Positions 8,361 through 16,210 of a stretch of DNA of 37,138 nt are shown here, one piece after another (positions within the stretch are counted from its first letter, which is position 1; each line of letters begins with the position of its first letter). A program made the translations under genes and the position numbers. The stretch covers positions 1 to 37,138 of the forward strand of contig JBGANF010000080.1 in assembly GCA_044222475.1 (NCBI GenBank), read 5' to 3'. Source of the stretch: Polyangiaceae bacterium. Its GTDB lineage: Bacteria > Myxococcota_A > Polyangia > Polyangiales > Polyangiaceae. The notes under the pieces are model-generated. The model ran no database searches. It saw nothing but the letters and a program-made list of their open reading frames with translations, and was not told where the DNA came from.

Positions 8361-9722
8361 TCACGGCTCGGTTTGATCCGTCATCGGCTGACCCGCCTCG
8401 TTCACGATGACTTTGCCCGCGGCGTCCTTGGCGGTCGAGCAGGCGTACGGCGTCGTCTTCTTCGCCTTGGGCGCGATGAACATCGGGTTGTAGATCCACT
8501 TGCCCTGGTAGTTCGACAGCGCGTTGCACATCGTCTGGACCTTGTTGCGGTTGATGACGAGCTTCAGGTCGGTCGCGTCCTTCAGCATCGCGATGTCCGT
8601 GTCGGAGTCACCGGCGACGAAGGTCGGGCGCTTCGCGAGCACCGGGTTCGTGGCGAGCTGGCTCGCCGGCGGCTCGTGGAAGATCGACTTGTTGATGAAG
8701 CAGCGCTTCCCTTCGTCGAAGGTGATGATCGTGTTCGCGCCGTCGGCGACGAGGCCGCAGCCCTGCATGTCGATCGTCTGCTTGCCGTTCGCGAGCAGGT
8801 AGCGGATGCCCACCACGTGCAGCGGGGACACGCCTGCGAACTTCGAGATGGCGCCGACGACCCACTCCGGCGACGCGGTCACGACCCACACGTCGAAGCC
8901 GTTCGCGTCCATCGCGGCGATCAGGTCGGCGATCTGGTCGTAGATGCGCACGTAGCCGTTGAGGCCCGACACCGAGCCCACCGTCTGCGTCGTCCCGATC
9001 GGCGCGGTCGCACCCTCGTAGAAGGCCGCGAGCGCGAAGCCGGCGATCTCTTCCGGCGTGTAGCCTTGCTGGACCTGGCCGGCCCAGGCGTACGGGTTGT
9101 CGATGGTGAGCGTCTTCTCCGCGGTCCACGCGGGCTGACTGCCGGCGGACGGCGGCGTCGTCAGTTGATCGTACGCGTAGTAGATCGCGTCGGCGCAGGC
9201 GGTGTTCGTGCTCGTCGGCAGCGGCTGGCCTGCCGCCGCGAGGCCGTCGCACGCGCCGTTGAGCGCCGCCTTCCCGGCGGTGGTGAGCGCCGCGCTCGAG
9301 AGTCCCCAGTCCTTGTTCGTGGGCTGGAGGATCTTGTCGTGGCGCAGCATCCAGAAGAACGTCGCGTCGCCGATGTCGTTCTTGAGGACGGTGTTGTCCC
9401 AGTCGAACACGGCGACCGGGCGGTTCTTCGCATCGAAGGTCGGGCTCGTGACGCCCTTGTCGGTGAGGAGCTTGTTGAGCCGGTCGCGGTTCGGTTGCGT
9501 CCAGCCGTCGATGCGATCGTCGAGGAGGCGCGTGGGCTTCGCCGGCGTGCCGGCGTCGCCTTGCGGTCCTGGCGGACCAACGGGGCCGATGCTGCCGACA
9601 GGACCGATGCCGCCGTCAGCTCCATTCACGCCGTCCTTGCCGTCGATGGCGCACGCGCCCAGTGCGACGAGCATCCCCACTCCGATCATCCCCAGCCCGA
9701 TGCGTGCAATTCGATTCTTCAT
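8361..9722 (-). CDS. Lipoprotein HAD-family phosphatase with collagen-like N-terminal linker
   Basis: Lipobox LGAC; ~10 Gly-X-Y triplets; HAD motifs VFDWDNT, VVTAS, EGK, AGDSDTD. Confidence 0.85.
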   Translation of the reverse strand: MKNRIARIGLGMIGVGMLVALGACAIDGKDGVNGADGGIGPVGSIGPVGPPGPQGDAGTPAKPTRLLDDRIDGWTQPNRDRLNKLLTDKGVTSPTFDAKNRPVAVFDWDNTVLKNDIGDATFFWMLRHDKILQPTNKDWGLSSAALTTAGKAALNGACDGLAAAGQPLPTSTNTACADAIYYAYDQLTTPPSAGSQPAWTAEKTLTIDNPYAWAGQVQQGYTPEEIAGFALAAFYEGATAPIGTTQTVGSVSGLNGYVRIYDQIADLIAAMDANGFDVWVVTASPEWVVGAISKFAGVSPLHVVGIRYLLANGKQTIDMQGCGLVADGANTIITFDEGKRCFINKSIFHEPPASQLATNPVLAKRPTFVAGDSDTDIAMLKDATDLKLVINRNKVQTMCNALSNYQGKWIYNPMFIAPKAKKTTPYACSTAKDAAGKVIVNEAGQPMTDQTEP

Positions 9723-9768
9723 GATGAGTCCCTCCGCGCACGAAACTACGGAGGGACGCACCACGTCT

Positions 9769-9796
9769 CCATGGTCACTTCGCCATGGTCATTTCG
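9769..9796. repeat. Tandem 14-bp direct repeat, possible operator
   Basis: CCATGGTCACTTCG / CCATGGTCATTTCG (13/14 identical) upstream of the HAD gene. Confidence 0.6.
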
Positions 9797-9797
9797 A

Positions 9798-10613
9798 CTA
9801 GCAACCGAGGCAGCTGTAACCGCAGAAGTCCGAGACCTCGCTCACGCACGTGGAGTCCCACGTGATGCTGCAGCAGAACGGATCGAGGATGCAGACGAGC
9901 GACACGCACTGCGTGTTGCCGTCGCAGCCGCTCTTCAGCGCCGCTCCGGACTTGCACGCGTTGTGGCTGCACGTGCCGGTGTTCGGTCCGTCGCACGCGG
10001 AGCACACCGAGCTCATGCACGTCTTGCCACCGCTGCACACCGTCCCGCACGAGCCGCAGTTCGAGTTGTCGGTCGACGTGTCCTTGCAGCTTCCGCCGCA
10101 GCACTGATTGCCGCCCGGGCACGCGTTGCCGCACGAGCCGCAGTTCGAGTTGTCGGTCATGGTGTCGACGCAGACGTTGTTGCACGCGGTCTGGTTGCCG
10201 CCGCACCCGAGCGTGCACTTGCCGGCGACGCAGCTCCACGTCGAGTTCGGCGGGCCGCCGGTGCACGGCGAGCCGCACGAGCCGCAGTTCTGCGCGTCGG
10301 TCTGGGTGTCGATGCACTTGCCGTTGCAGATCGTGCCCGTGCTGCACGTGCACTTGCCCGCGCTGCAGCTCGCGCCGCTCGGGCAGACGTTGCCGCAGGT
10401 GCCGCAGTTCTTGGAGTCGGTCTGGGTGTTGCCGCACCCGCCGCCGTCACCCGGAGGCGTGACGCCGGTGTCGCGCTTGCCGCCGTCGGGCGTGGTGGTG
10501 CTCGCGTCCTGGTCACCCCCGCCGGTGGTGCTCACCGTGCCGTTGGCGCAGCCGACGACCGCGACCGCGCCGGCAGCGAACGCCGCCACGACGAAGCGAG
10601 TGAGTACAGCCAT
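9798..10613 (-). CDS. Cys-rich lipoprotein with Stig1-like repeats
   Basis: Lipobox VVGC; four D(T)xTDxxNCGxCGxxC repeats; C-terminal C...CC...WD..CV.EV...C motif. Confidence 0.88.
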   Translation of the reverse strand: MAVLTRFVVAAFAAGAVAVVGCANGTVSTTGGGDQDASTTTPDGGKRDTGVTPPGDGGGCGNTQTDSKNCGTCGNVCPSGASCSAGKCTCSTGTICNGKCIDTQTDAQNCGSCGSPCTGGPPNSTWSCVAGKCTLGCGGNQTACNNVCVDTMTDNSNCGSCGNACPGGNQCCGGSCKDTSTDNSNCGSCGTVCSGGKTCMSSVCSACDGPNTGTCSHNACKSGAALKSGCDGNTQCVSLVCILDPFCCSITWDSTCVSEVSDFCGYSCLGC

Positions 10614-10674
10614 CCCGGGCCTCCAGCTACAAAAGTAGCTGAATCCTACACGCGTCGCCAGGAACTTGCCGGAG

Positions 10675-11460
10675 TCAGCAACCGGAGCAGGTGTAGCCGC
10701 AGGTGTTCTTCACCTCGGTCACGCACGACGCGTCCCAGTTGAGGAGGCAGCAGAGCGGCTTGTTCGCGCACACCGCGGCGACGCAGAGCGAGATGCCATC
10801 GCAGCCGATCGAGAGCTTGCCCCCGGTGGTGCACGCGTTGTGGCTGCACTGCCCGGTCAAGGGTCCGTCGCACGCGGTGCACGACGAGTTGGTGCACGTC
10901 TTGCCGCCCGTGCAGGCGTTGCCGCAGCTGCCGCAGTTGGCGTTGTCGTTCGTCGTCGACTTGCACTGGCCGGAGCAGCACGTCTGGTTCGTGCAGACGT
11001 TGCCGCAGCCCCCGCAGTTCGAGTTGTCGGTCATCGTGTCGACGCAGACGCTGTTGCACGGGGTCTGGCTGCCGCTGCAACCGACGGTGCACTTGCCGGC
11101 GACGCAGCTCCACGTGGAGCTCCCGCCGGAGCAGACCTTGCCGCACGATCCGCAGTTCTTCGCGTCGGTCTGGGTATCGATGCAGGCGTTGCCGCAGACC
11201 TCGCCCTTGGTGCACGTGCACTGACCCGCGTTGCACGTCGCCCCGGTGGGGCAGACCTTGCCGCAGCTGCCGCAGTTCTGCGGGTTCGTCTGCGTGTTGC
11301 CGCAACCGACCGCGCCGTCGGGGATGTTCACGTCGGGCTTGGACGCGTCGAACGTCGTGCCGCCGTCGGGTTCGTCACCGGGTTCGGCGCCGCGCGCGCA
11401 GCCGATCACGAGGGCGGTCGAGAACAACACCGGCGCGAGCCAACGATCGAGGGCGGCCAT
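10675..11460 (-). CDS. Cys-rich lipoprotein with Stig1-like repeats (tandem paralog)
   Basis: Lipobox VIGC; colinear with 9798-10613; GGAGG SD. Confidence 0.88.
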   Translation of the reverse strand: MAALDRWLAPVLFSTALVIGCARGAEPGDEPDGGTTFDASKPDVNIPDGAVGCGNTQTNPQNCGSCGKVCPTGATCNAGQCTCTKGEVCGNACIDTQTDAKNCGSCGKVCSGGSSTWSCVAGKCTVGCSGSQTPCNSVCVDTMTDNSNCGGCGNVCTNQTCCSGQCKSTTNDNANCGSCGNACTGGKTCTNSSCTACDGPLTGQCSHNACTTGGKLSIGCDGISLCVAAVCANKPLCCLLNWDASCVTEVKNTCGYTCSGC

Positions 11461-11577
11461 GGCAGCCTCCTTTGGAGGTGAATGCGTGCGCGAAGGCTAC
11501 CGCGGGATTTTGCGCCGCACCACGAGAATAACGGCGTTACGCGCTGCGTCGTAGCCGGGGTGCGTTATACTCGGGGC

Positions 11578-12525
11578 ATGGCCCTCGGTCGGAGAGAGCT
11601 CTTGGTCGGCAGCGCCGCGGCGCTGGCCCTGGCGCGGTGCACCCGCGAGGAGGCGGCGCCCCTCCCGCCCCGGCAGACCCGCACGGTTCGCGAGGTCGAG
11701 TCGATCGTCGCCGCCCAGAGCAGCGTCGATGGCGCGGGGGTGAAGCTCCGCCGGGCGCTCGGCGGCCGGGCGCTGGCGAACCTCGATCCGTTCCTTCTGC
11801 TCGACGAGATCAAGAGCGACGACCCGAACGACTACGCGGCCGGCTTCCCCGAGCACCCGCACCGCGGGTTCGAGACCGTCACCTACATGATCGACGGCGC
11901 GATGGAGCACAAGGACAGCGTCGGCAACCACGGGCACCTCGGGCCGGGGAGCGCGCAGTGGATGACGGCGGGGCACGGCATCGTGCACTCGGAGATGCCG
12001 AAGCAAGAGCGCGGGCTCATGTGGGGGTTCCAGCTCTGGGTCAATTTACCAAAACGGGACAAGCTGATGCGGCCGCGGTACCAGGACATCGCGCCGGATC
12101 GCATCGCCGAGGTCGCGCGTGATCGGGCGAAGGTGCGAGTCATCGCGGGGACCGCGTTCGATCGCACCGGGCCGGTCGTCGGGATCGACGTCGAGCCGGT
12201 CTTCGCCGACATCGCGCTGGAGAAGGGCGGGGGAGTCGAAGAGCCGCTGCCGAAGGGGCACGCGGCGTTCCTCTACGTGATCGACGGCGCGCTGCGGGTC
12301 GGTGACGGCCGGCGCGAGGTGCGGCAGGGTCAGATCGCGGTGCTCACTGGAACCGGGAGCTTGGTGCTCTCGTGCGACGCGGCGACGGGGCGGGCGCTCG
12401 TGCTCGCGGGTCGGCCGCTGGGCGAGCCGATCGCGCGCTCGGGGCCGTTCGTGATGAACACCGACGACGAGCTGAAGCAGGCCTGGGACGACTACAAAGC
12501 CGGGCGGCTCACCACGGGCGTCTGA
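11578..12525 (+). CDS. Pirin-family (bicupin) protein with twin-arginine/lipoprotein-like N-terminus
   Basis: DPFLLLDE, GFPEHPHRGFETVTY, QWMTAGHGIVHSE, FQLWVNLP, GPFVMNT; N-terminus MALGRRELLVGSAAALALARC. Confidence 0.92.
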   Translation: MALGRRELLVGSAAALALARCTREEAAPLPPRQTRTVREVESIVAAQSSVDGAGVKLRRALGGRALANLDPFLLLDEIKSDDPNDYAAGFPEHPHRGFETVTYMIDGAMEHKDSVGNHGHLGPGSAQWMTAGHGIVHSEMPKQERGLMWGFQLWVNLPKRDKLMRPRYQDIAPDRIAEVARDRAKVRVIAGTAFDRTGPVVGIDVEPVFADIALEKGGGVEEPLPKGHAAFLYVIDGALRVGDGRREVRQGQIAVLTGTGSLVLSCDAATGRALVLAGRPLGEPIARSGPFVMNTDDELKQAWDDYKAGRLTTGV

Positions 12526-13343
12526 TGCGCCGCGCGTGGCTCGGGCTGTTCGCGCTTTGTGTGCATTGTGCACGCGAAGTCCCTGCGCCAGTGACACCCG
12601 ACATGCCGCTTGCATCGGCCACGCCCATCGCTGCGAAGCCGACTCCGCCTCCGCCGTGTCACGGGACGGCGTTTCGGACGCCGGCGACACAGATCGACAT
12701 CGACGCGGGGCTGGCGAAGCTCGACGAGCTCGAGAAGCGCGCGGCACTGACGTTCGACGCGGATGCGTCGAAGCCAGCGCTCACTGGCAACGATGTGTTC
12801 GTTCGAACCGACCCGAAGACGAATACCGCGAGCGCCGGTACCCTGGAACCGCTCGTCGCCGAAGCGACGACTCTCGACGATGCCCTGCGTGCCGTTCGCC
12901 CCACGGCAATCATCGCGGCTCGCTCGCTGGCCCGCGTAGGCCTGGTCTACGACGCGCTGACGGTCGCTCTCGAAGCGTGGAGCCCGACGCTGCTCACTCC
13001 CGCCCAATCGATCCGGCTTCAGCAGCTGCAGTCCAGCGGCCGAACACAGCTGGTTCAACTCGCCCTCCAAGCCAATGCGAGTGCCACGAAGGCACTCGAG
13101 GACCGGCGAAACAGCGAGGCCGATGTGATGCGAAGCAACGCGTACACCGCGTACCTCGGAGCGCTTCAGCTTCTGTTCATGACGCCGTCGAGCGCGGAAG
13201 TCGCCGAGCTCCGAGCGCGCGTCGAAGCGCGGGTCCACGCGCTGTTCCCGATCGTCGATCCTCGCAAGTCGACGCGGCCTCGCCAGGACCCGACGTCCGA
13301 GTCTGCAGGCTGCAACCTCGACGTCCTGAAGACGACACCCTGA
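12525..13343 (+). CDS. Hypothetical lipoprotein, predicted mostly helical
   Basis: TGATG overlap with pirin; signal MRRAWLGLFALCVHC; homologous to 13384-14115. Confidence 0.75.
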   Translation: MRRAWLGLFALCVHCAREVPAPVTPDMPLASATPIAAKPTPPPPCHGTAFRTPATQIDIDAGLAKLDELEKRAALTFDADASKPALTGNDVFVRTDPKTNTASAGTLEPLVAEATTLDDALRAVRPTAIIAARSLARVGLVYDALTVALEAWSPTLLTPAQSIRLQQLQSSGRTQLVQLALQANASATKALEDRRNSEADVMRSNAYTAYLGALQLLFMTPSSAEVAELRARVEARVHALFPIVDPRKSTRPRQDPTSESAGCNLDVLKTTP

Positions 13344-13383
13344 CGAGCGCCTAATCTTCGGCATCGCGACGTGTCCAACGCGC

Positions 13384-14115
13384 ATGCGGCGCGTCGTCGT
13401 CATCGGTCTCGTTCTCGCGGGGTGTGCTCGCGCCCCCGAGGCGCGGGCTCCTTCGCCGCCCCCGCCGGAGTCGGTGGTGGCGATGCCGGCGCCGAACGGG
13501 TGCCACGGAAACGCGTTTCGATTTTCGTCGACGCCGACCGAGATCGCGGCCGGCGAGGCGAAGATCGATGCGATCGAAGCGCGGGTGAAGCTCGCGTTCG
13601 ACGCGTCGGCCAAGAGGCCGGTGCTGTTGGGAACGGTCTCCGACGTGTCGCAATCGCTCGGGCCGCTGCGTGCCGCAGCGGCGAGGGCGGACGACGAGCT
13701 GCGCGCCGTTCGCACGACGCCACTCGTCGCGGCGCGCGCCCTGGTCGTCATCGGCGAAATGTACGACGCGTGGTTGGGCGCGCTCGAGGCGTGGGATCCC
13801 GACGAGCGCTCGTATCCCCAAGCGTACGCGGGCGGCACGGACGTGGAGCAACGGTTGCTCCAAGAGATGGTTCGGAGCGCCGAGCGTCGCCGCGCGGGCT
13901 GGCTCGCGGTGCAGCGCGCGAATGCGTACGTGGCGTACGTGGGCGCGTTGCGCCTCTTGGAGATGTCGCCTCCGAGTGGAGAGGGCTCGATCTACCGTGC
14001 CCGGGCCCAATCCCGCGCGGAACGGCTGCGAAGCGCCGTCTTGGGAAAACCGACGACGAGTCTCGACGATCCTACCTCGACGTCGCTCGTCTGCCGGCTC
14101 GACCTCGAGCCGTAG
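13384..14115 (+). CDS. Hypothetical lipoprotein (tandem paralog)
   Basis: Lipobox LAGC; shares CHG.AFR, G.AK.D..E.R..L.FDA.A, AAR.L..+G.+YDA...ALEAW, NAY.AY+GAL and DPTS....C.LD with the upstream gene. Confidence 0.78.
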   Translation: MRRVVVIGLVLAGCARAPEARAPSPPPPESVVAMPAPNGCHGNAFRFSSTPTEIAAGEAKIDAIEARVKLAFDASAKRPVLLGTVSDVSQSLGPLRAAAARADDELRAVRTTPLVAARALVVIGEMYDAWLGALEAWDPDERSYPQAYAGGTDVEQRLLQEMVRSAERRRAGWLAVQRANAYVAYVGALRLLEMSPPSGEGSIYRARAQSRAERLRSAVLGKPTTSLDDPTSTSLVCRLDLEP

Positions 14116-14121
14116 GACCCA

Positions 14122-15183
14122 TCACGGGCGCCACGCCACGATCTGGCGACCGATCGCCACGAAGAGCTCGCCGTCGCGGAGCGAGAGCGCGTTCACGGAT
14201 CCGGTGCAGATCGCAGTTTCTTTCCCGTCTGCGAACGCGGAGAGGCCGGTCAGGGTCGACGTGTAGAGGACGCCGCGGTCGGCCGCGTACGCCTTGGCAT
14301 CCGAGTACGGCGACGACCCGATGCGCACGAATGATGCCGTTCCCTTCGGAGCGCGGAAGAACACGCGTTCCTTCACCGGCGTGATCTGGAACGCCGTCAC
14401 GTAGACGGAGTCGGCGTCGAGGGCGACCTCGCTGGGCGAGCTGAAAGCCGCCGCCGCCAAATCGGCCGCTTCGCCGGAGACGGTGGCGGTCGTAGCCGGA
14501 GCGCCATCGAGTCTGGCCGTCACGACCGTGGGCCCGGTCCAAACGTGGAGGTTCTCGGCGTCGGCGAAGCCGCGCGCGGTGGTGTCGAGCCACACGGAGT
14601 GGCGCGTCAGCGGGTCCCAGAACGCGGCGCGCTCGAAGTCGCCCCCCGGCCACCACAGGAATCCATCGCGATCGCGCGGCGCGCGGAGCGCCACCGGCGT
14701 GACGAAGCGCACGCTCGGATCCAGCGGATGCGGGTCATGAGCGAGGTCGAACGACGTACCTTCGATCGTCCCGTGGGGAACCGCCTGGATCGCGCGCGGC
14801 TGACGCAGGCCTCGCCCTCCACTGCTCTCGTACACGAGGTAGGCATGGCCGCCATCGACGGTGAACGCTCCAGTGAAGTGGGCCGTCCACGATCCGCCGG
14901 AGTCCACACCGGTGACGTCGCGATCGACGCGCTGCGCTTCTCCGCCAGCGCGAGGCGAGACCCAGAGCATCACGTCACGGGTAGATGCGTAGAGGTGGGC
15001 GGGACTCGGGGCGACGACGATCGCATCGCTCGGCAGGGTGGTGACGACGCGTCCGAGAGCGGAGCAGCGAGGTAGAGGTACGGAGGTGGGGTCCGGCACG
15101 ACACCGCCGCAGCCGGCGATGACCGCGACCGCTCCCCAACACCCCATCGAACGCGCACGTGCGCTCCACCACCCGCTGCCCAC
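14122..15183 (-). CDS. Hypothetical lipoprotein, beta-propeller-like
   Basis: IAGC lipobox; blade-like VALDADSVYV, AADRGVLY; start GTG 15183 (TATGCT 6 nt upstream) or ATG 15147. Confidence 0.7.
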   Translation of the reverse strand: MGSGWWSARARSMGCWGAVAVIAGCGGVVPDPTSVPLPRCSALGRVVTTLPSDAIVVAPSPAHLYASTRDVMLWVSPRAGGEAQRVDRDVTGVDSGGSWTAHFTGAFTVDGGHAYLVYESSGGRGLRQPRAIQAVPHGTIEGTSFDLAHDPHPLDPSVRFVTPVALRAPRDRDGFLWWPGGDFERAAFWDPLTRHSVWLDTTARGFADAENLHVWTGPTVVTARLDGAPATTATVSGEAADLAAAAFSSPSEVALDADSVYVTAFQITPVKERVFFRAPKGTASFVRIGSSPYSDAKAYAADRGVLYTSTLTGLSAFADGKETAICTGSVNALSLRDGELFVAIGRQIVAWRP

Positions 15184-15197
15184 GGGCGAAGCATACC

Positions 15198-15740
15198 TCA
15201 GCTCGGCAGCGGCAGCTCCACTCCGGTCGCTTTCTGGACCGCAGCCTGGATCTTCGCGGCCGTCGGGAAACGTGCAATCTGCAACGTCACGGCGACGGCG
15301 ACGAACGGCAGGGTGTATTCACGCGGAAAGCCTTGGAACGGGAGCACGAGGCCCATCAGGCCGACGCTCTCGGCGAGGGCCATCTTGAGGATGAAGGACG
15401 TCTGCCAGATCATGAAGACCTGCGGCCAAACGACGTTCGGATCATCGAACGCCTTGATCGGCGGAGCCGCCTCGCGGAACGTGACCTCGGCCGCGGGGTT
15501 CGGGCGTTCGACGATGAGCTTCGTGAGCCGGGTCGCGAGGGATTTCCTCATCGCCGTCTCGGGGAAGACGAGCCCGAGCACCACCTGGCCGAGCGCGACG
15601 GCGCCGAACACCGGCAAGAGGATCGGGTTCGGCGGCTGGTCGGGCAGGGTGGCCACGTACGGCAGCACCCCGAGCATGAGCGTGGAGAAGAGCAGCGCAG
15701 CCCAAAGGATGCGCGGCGTCATGAGGCGCTGCGCGATCAT
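15198..15740 (-). CDS. Membrane protein (about 4 TM), unknown function
   Basis: Four hydrophobic segments; ATGA overlap with the upstream CusF-like gene. Confidence 0.8.
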   Translation of the reverse strand: MIAQRLMTPRILWAALLFSTLMLGVLPYVATLPDQPPNPILLPVFGAVALGQVVLGLVFPETAMRKSLATRLTKLIVERPNPAAEVTFREAAPPIKAFDDPNVVWPQVFMIWQTSFILKMALAESVGLMGLVLPFQGFPREYTLPFVAVAVTLQIARFPTAAKIQAAVQKATGVELPLPS

Positions 15741-16135
15741 TTCTTCACCAGCTTGTCGATGACGAGGTGTCCGCTGCCGTCGTCGGTGAACGAGAAGTCC
15801 ACGCTGTCGCCGACGGCGATCGTCGCGAGCATCGACGGATCGTTCACCACGAAGGGCATCGTCATCGCCTTCATGAAGCCGGGGATGTCGTCGTGGGCGA
15901 TCGAGAGCTTCTTCTTGTCCGGATCGATCGACTTCACCGTGCCGTGCGCGGAGTAGCGGTCGATCATCGCGCTGTCGACCGGCTTCGGCGCGCTGGCCGA
16001 CGTCGCTGCCGTCGACGCGCTTGCGGTCGTCGGGTTGGCGGGCGCATCCCCGGATTTCTGGCAGCCGGCGAGCCCGAGTGCGGCGACGATCACGACCAGC
16101 GCAGCGAGGCGAGCGAGGCGAAACGGGAGCTTCAC
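15737..16135 (-). CDS. CusF-like Cu(I)/Ag(I)-binding lipoprotein
   Basis: Lipobox LAGC; GTVKSID...IAHDDIPGFMKAMTMPF...VGDSVDF matches the CusF H/M/M ligand pattern; GTG start 16135. Confidence 0.85.
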   Translation of the reverse strand: MKLPFRLARLAALVVIVAALGLAGCQKSGDAPANPTTASASTAATSASAPKPVDSAMIDRYSAHGTVKSIDPDKKKLSIAHDDIPGFMKAMTMPFVVNDPSMLATIAVGDSVDFSFTDDGSGHLVIDKLVKK

Positions 16136-16210
16136 CCTGCCGAGCCTACCACCTCGTCCCACGTTCGAAACGCTGTTGCCACGAAGCCGTCACTCGCTCA
16201 TCTTTGGGGG

